A DNA stretch of 63,041 bases, counting the filler, from Octopus bimaculoides (Eukaryota): assembly GCF_001194135.2 (NCBI RefSeq). It is 6 parts of 6 records of this genome, joined end to end, with 100 filler letters (N's around TTAATTAATTAA, not from the genome) between each part and the next. Parts side by side here need not be neighbours in the genome. Positions count along the whole stretch, not along the records: positions 61,820 to 63,041 come from NC_068993.1; 5 more parts are not named here. One strand, written 5' to 3'. Below the pieces are notes generated by a model that was not told where the DNA came from, ran no database searches, and saw only the letters and a list, made by a program, of their open reading frames with translations. Below are positions 61,859 through 63,041 of this stretch, one piece after another (the first letter of the stretch is position 1; each line of letters opens with the position of its first letter). Made by a program: the position numbers and the translations under genes.

Positions 61859-62589
61859 TTATATACGTATATATATGGAAGTGTGTGTTTTTATGTTACT
61901 GAGAGTTAGGTATATTACACTGCAGCATGCAATACAATTGAAAGTCAATATTTATGTATGCAGAAATGCATGGGAAGGAAAAGATAAGTACACTTTGATT
62001 GCAGTGAGGCAAAAGACACACATACATAACATTGATAACAGCTGTAACAATAGCTCTCTCGAGCAAAACGAAGGAACTTAAGACGGTTGCTGGCTAGTGA
62101 TGTGCTTACAAATAATTAACATCAATATTGGATATCATATGTATGAATAAATAAATAAATAATTAGATATTTTTTTTTAAATACAGAAATATATAACTTG
62201 ACCTCCTGTCCACCACCAGCTTGTAAGTAAAACCTACAGCATCAACATGATGAAGAGAAATCAAAGACAGTTGTATTCGTTTTCTAAGTTCAATATTTTT
62301 TTGCCATCGCTTTTTATGTCATGCTAGTTTTACTTGTCGGCTGAAATCTGTATTTTAACGCAGTGCTATTACTAATGCTACACAATGACTAAATATGTTC
62401 CACAATAGATAAAATATTGTTTTGTTTGGTTTATATTTATATAAATATATTCGCAAATCACTCGAAATCTCCATTATCGTGGAGGTTTTTTTCTTCTGCC
62501 TGCTCTTTTATGTGTTGAGAGAATGATGTTAGTCTCTCCAAGTCTAAGAAAAACAGTTCTGCAGTTTCTTACTGAAGAACCAGCGCAAA

Positions 62590-62750
62590 TAATTTGCTTA
62601 TAGGGATTCGTTCACGCTGTATGTTAGCTCACTTCCTTCATCAAATCGATGTTATCTGAACAGGTGCAATAGGTGTGCCACATGTCGGGTGTCGAAGTGA
62701 TCACCGAGCAACATGAGATGAAGCATTTTGCTCATGAATAAAACACACCA
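62590..62750 (-). mobile_element. SINE fragment (16755 family)
   Basis: Reverse-complement similarity to 16830-16960. Confidence 0.55.
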
Positions 62751-62893
62751 TAATCTTATGAATATGGGATTTTCATCACCACGTTGAAAAATAATTGTCT
62801 GAGCCCGAATTGTGCAGCTTTTGAAATCCTGCTATTTATTCAGATTTAAAAGCAATGAAGATCAACCTCTTGTTAGCTGCAACAACTTTTGTC

Positions 62894-62924
<31 letters not shown>

Positions 62925-63041
62925 CTATCTATGTATCTGTGTCTGTCTGTCTATCTGTGTCTGTCTGTCTATCAATCTATCTATCTATCTGTCCATCTAT
63001 ATGTCTACCTATATTTATACATATATGTGTATGCATATATG

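Noticed and set aside
1-63041. CRISPR arrays, rRNA genes, prokaryotic operons
   Set aside because: None seen; the sequence is eukaryotic repeat-rich DNA.

Overview
Eukaryotic, AT-rich, gap-riddled draft scaffold (roughly a quarter to a third N) dominated by (TA)n/(CA)n/(CATA)n microsatellites, tRNA-derived SINEs and decayed transposons. The repeat landscape suggests an octopus or other coleoid cephalopod (inference). One host gene is recognisable: two spliced minus-strand coding exons of DNAAF6/PIH1D3 (32828-32911, 25806-25881). Fragments of hAT, Tc1/mariner, Helitron, L1/Tx1, CR1/L2-like, RTE, R4/Dong-like and Gypsy-type integrase elements are present. The most interesting signal is a Penelope-like (PLE) system. 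About ten minimal hammerhead-ribozyme (HHR) folds occur, including G3:C8 and U3:A8 covariant cores. Two cassettes carry a GIY-YIG endonuclease but no reverse transcriptase, bracketed by outward-facing HHR-bearing inverted repeats (26057-26897, 52258-55078). The larger cassette also holds a heavily decayed, intron-less antisense segment with family-B DNA polymerase exonuclease-domain motifs, possibly captured from a large DNA virus. A Gypsy-type integrase fragment sits between TGT...ACA inverted ends with a 4-bp TSD (33483-34424), resembling a Ginger element. All calls come from manual reading and translation; no database search was run.
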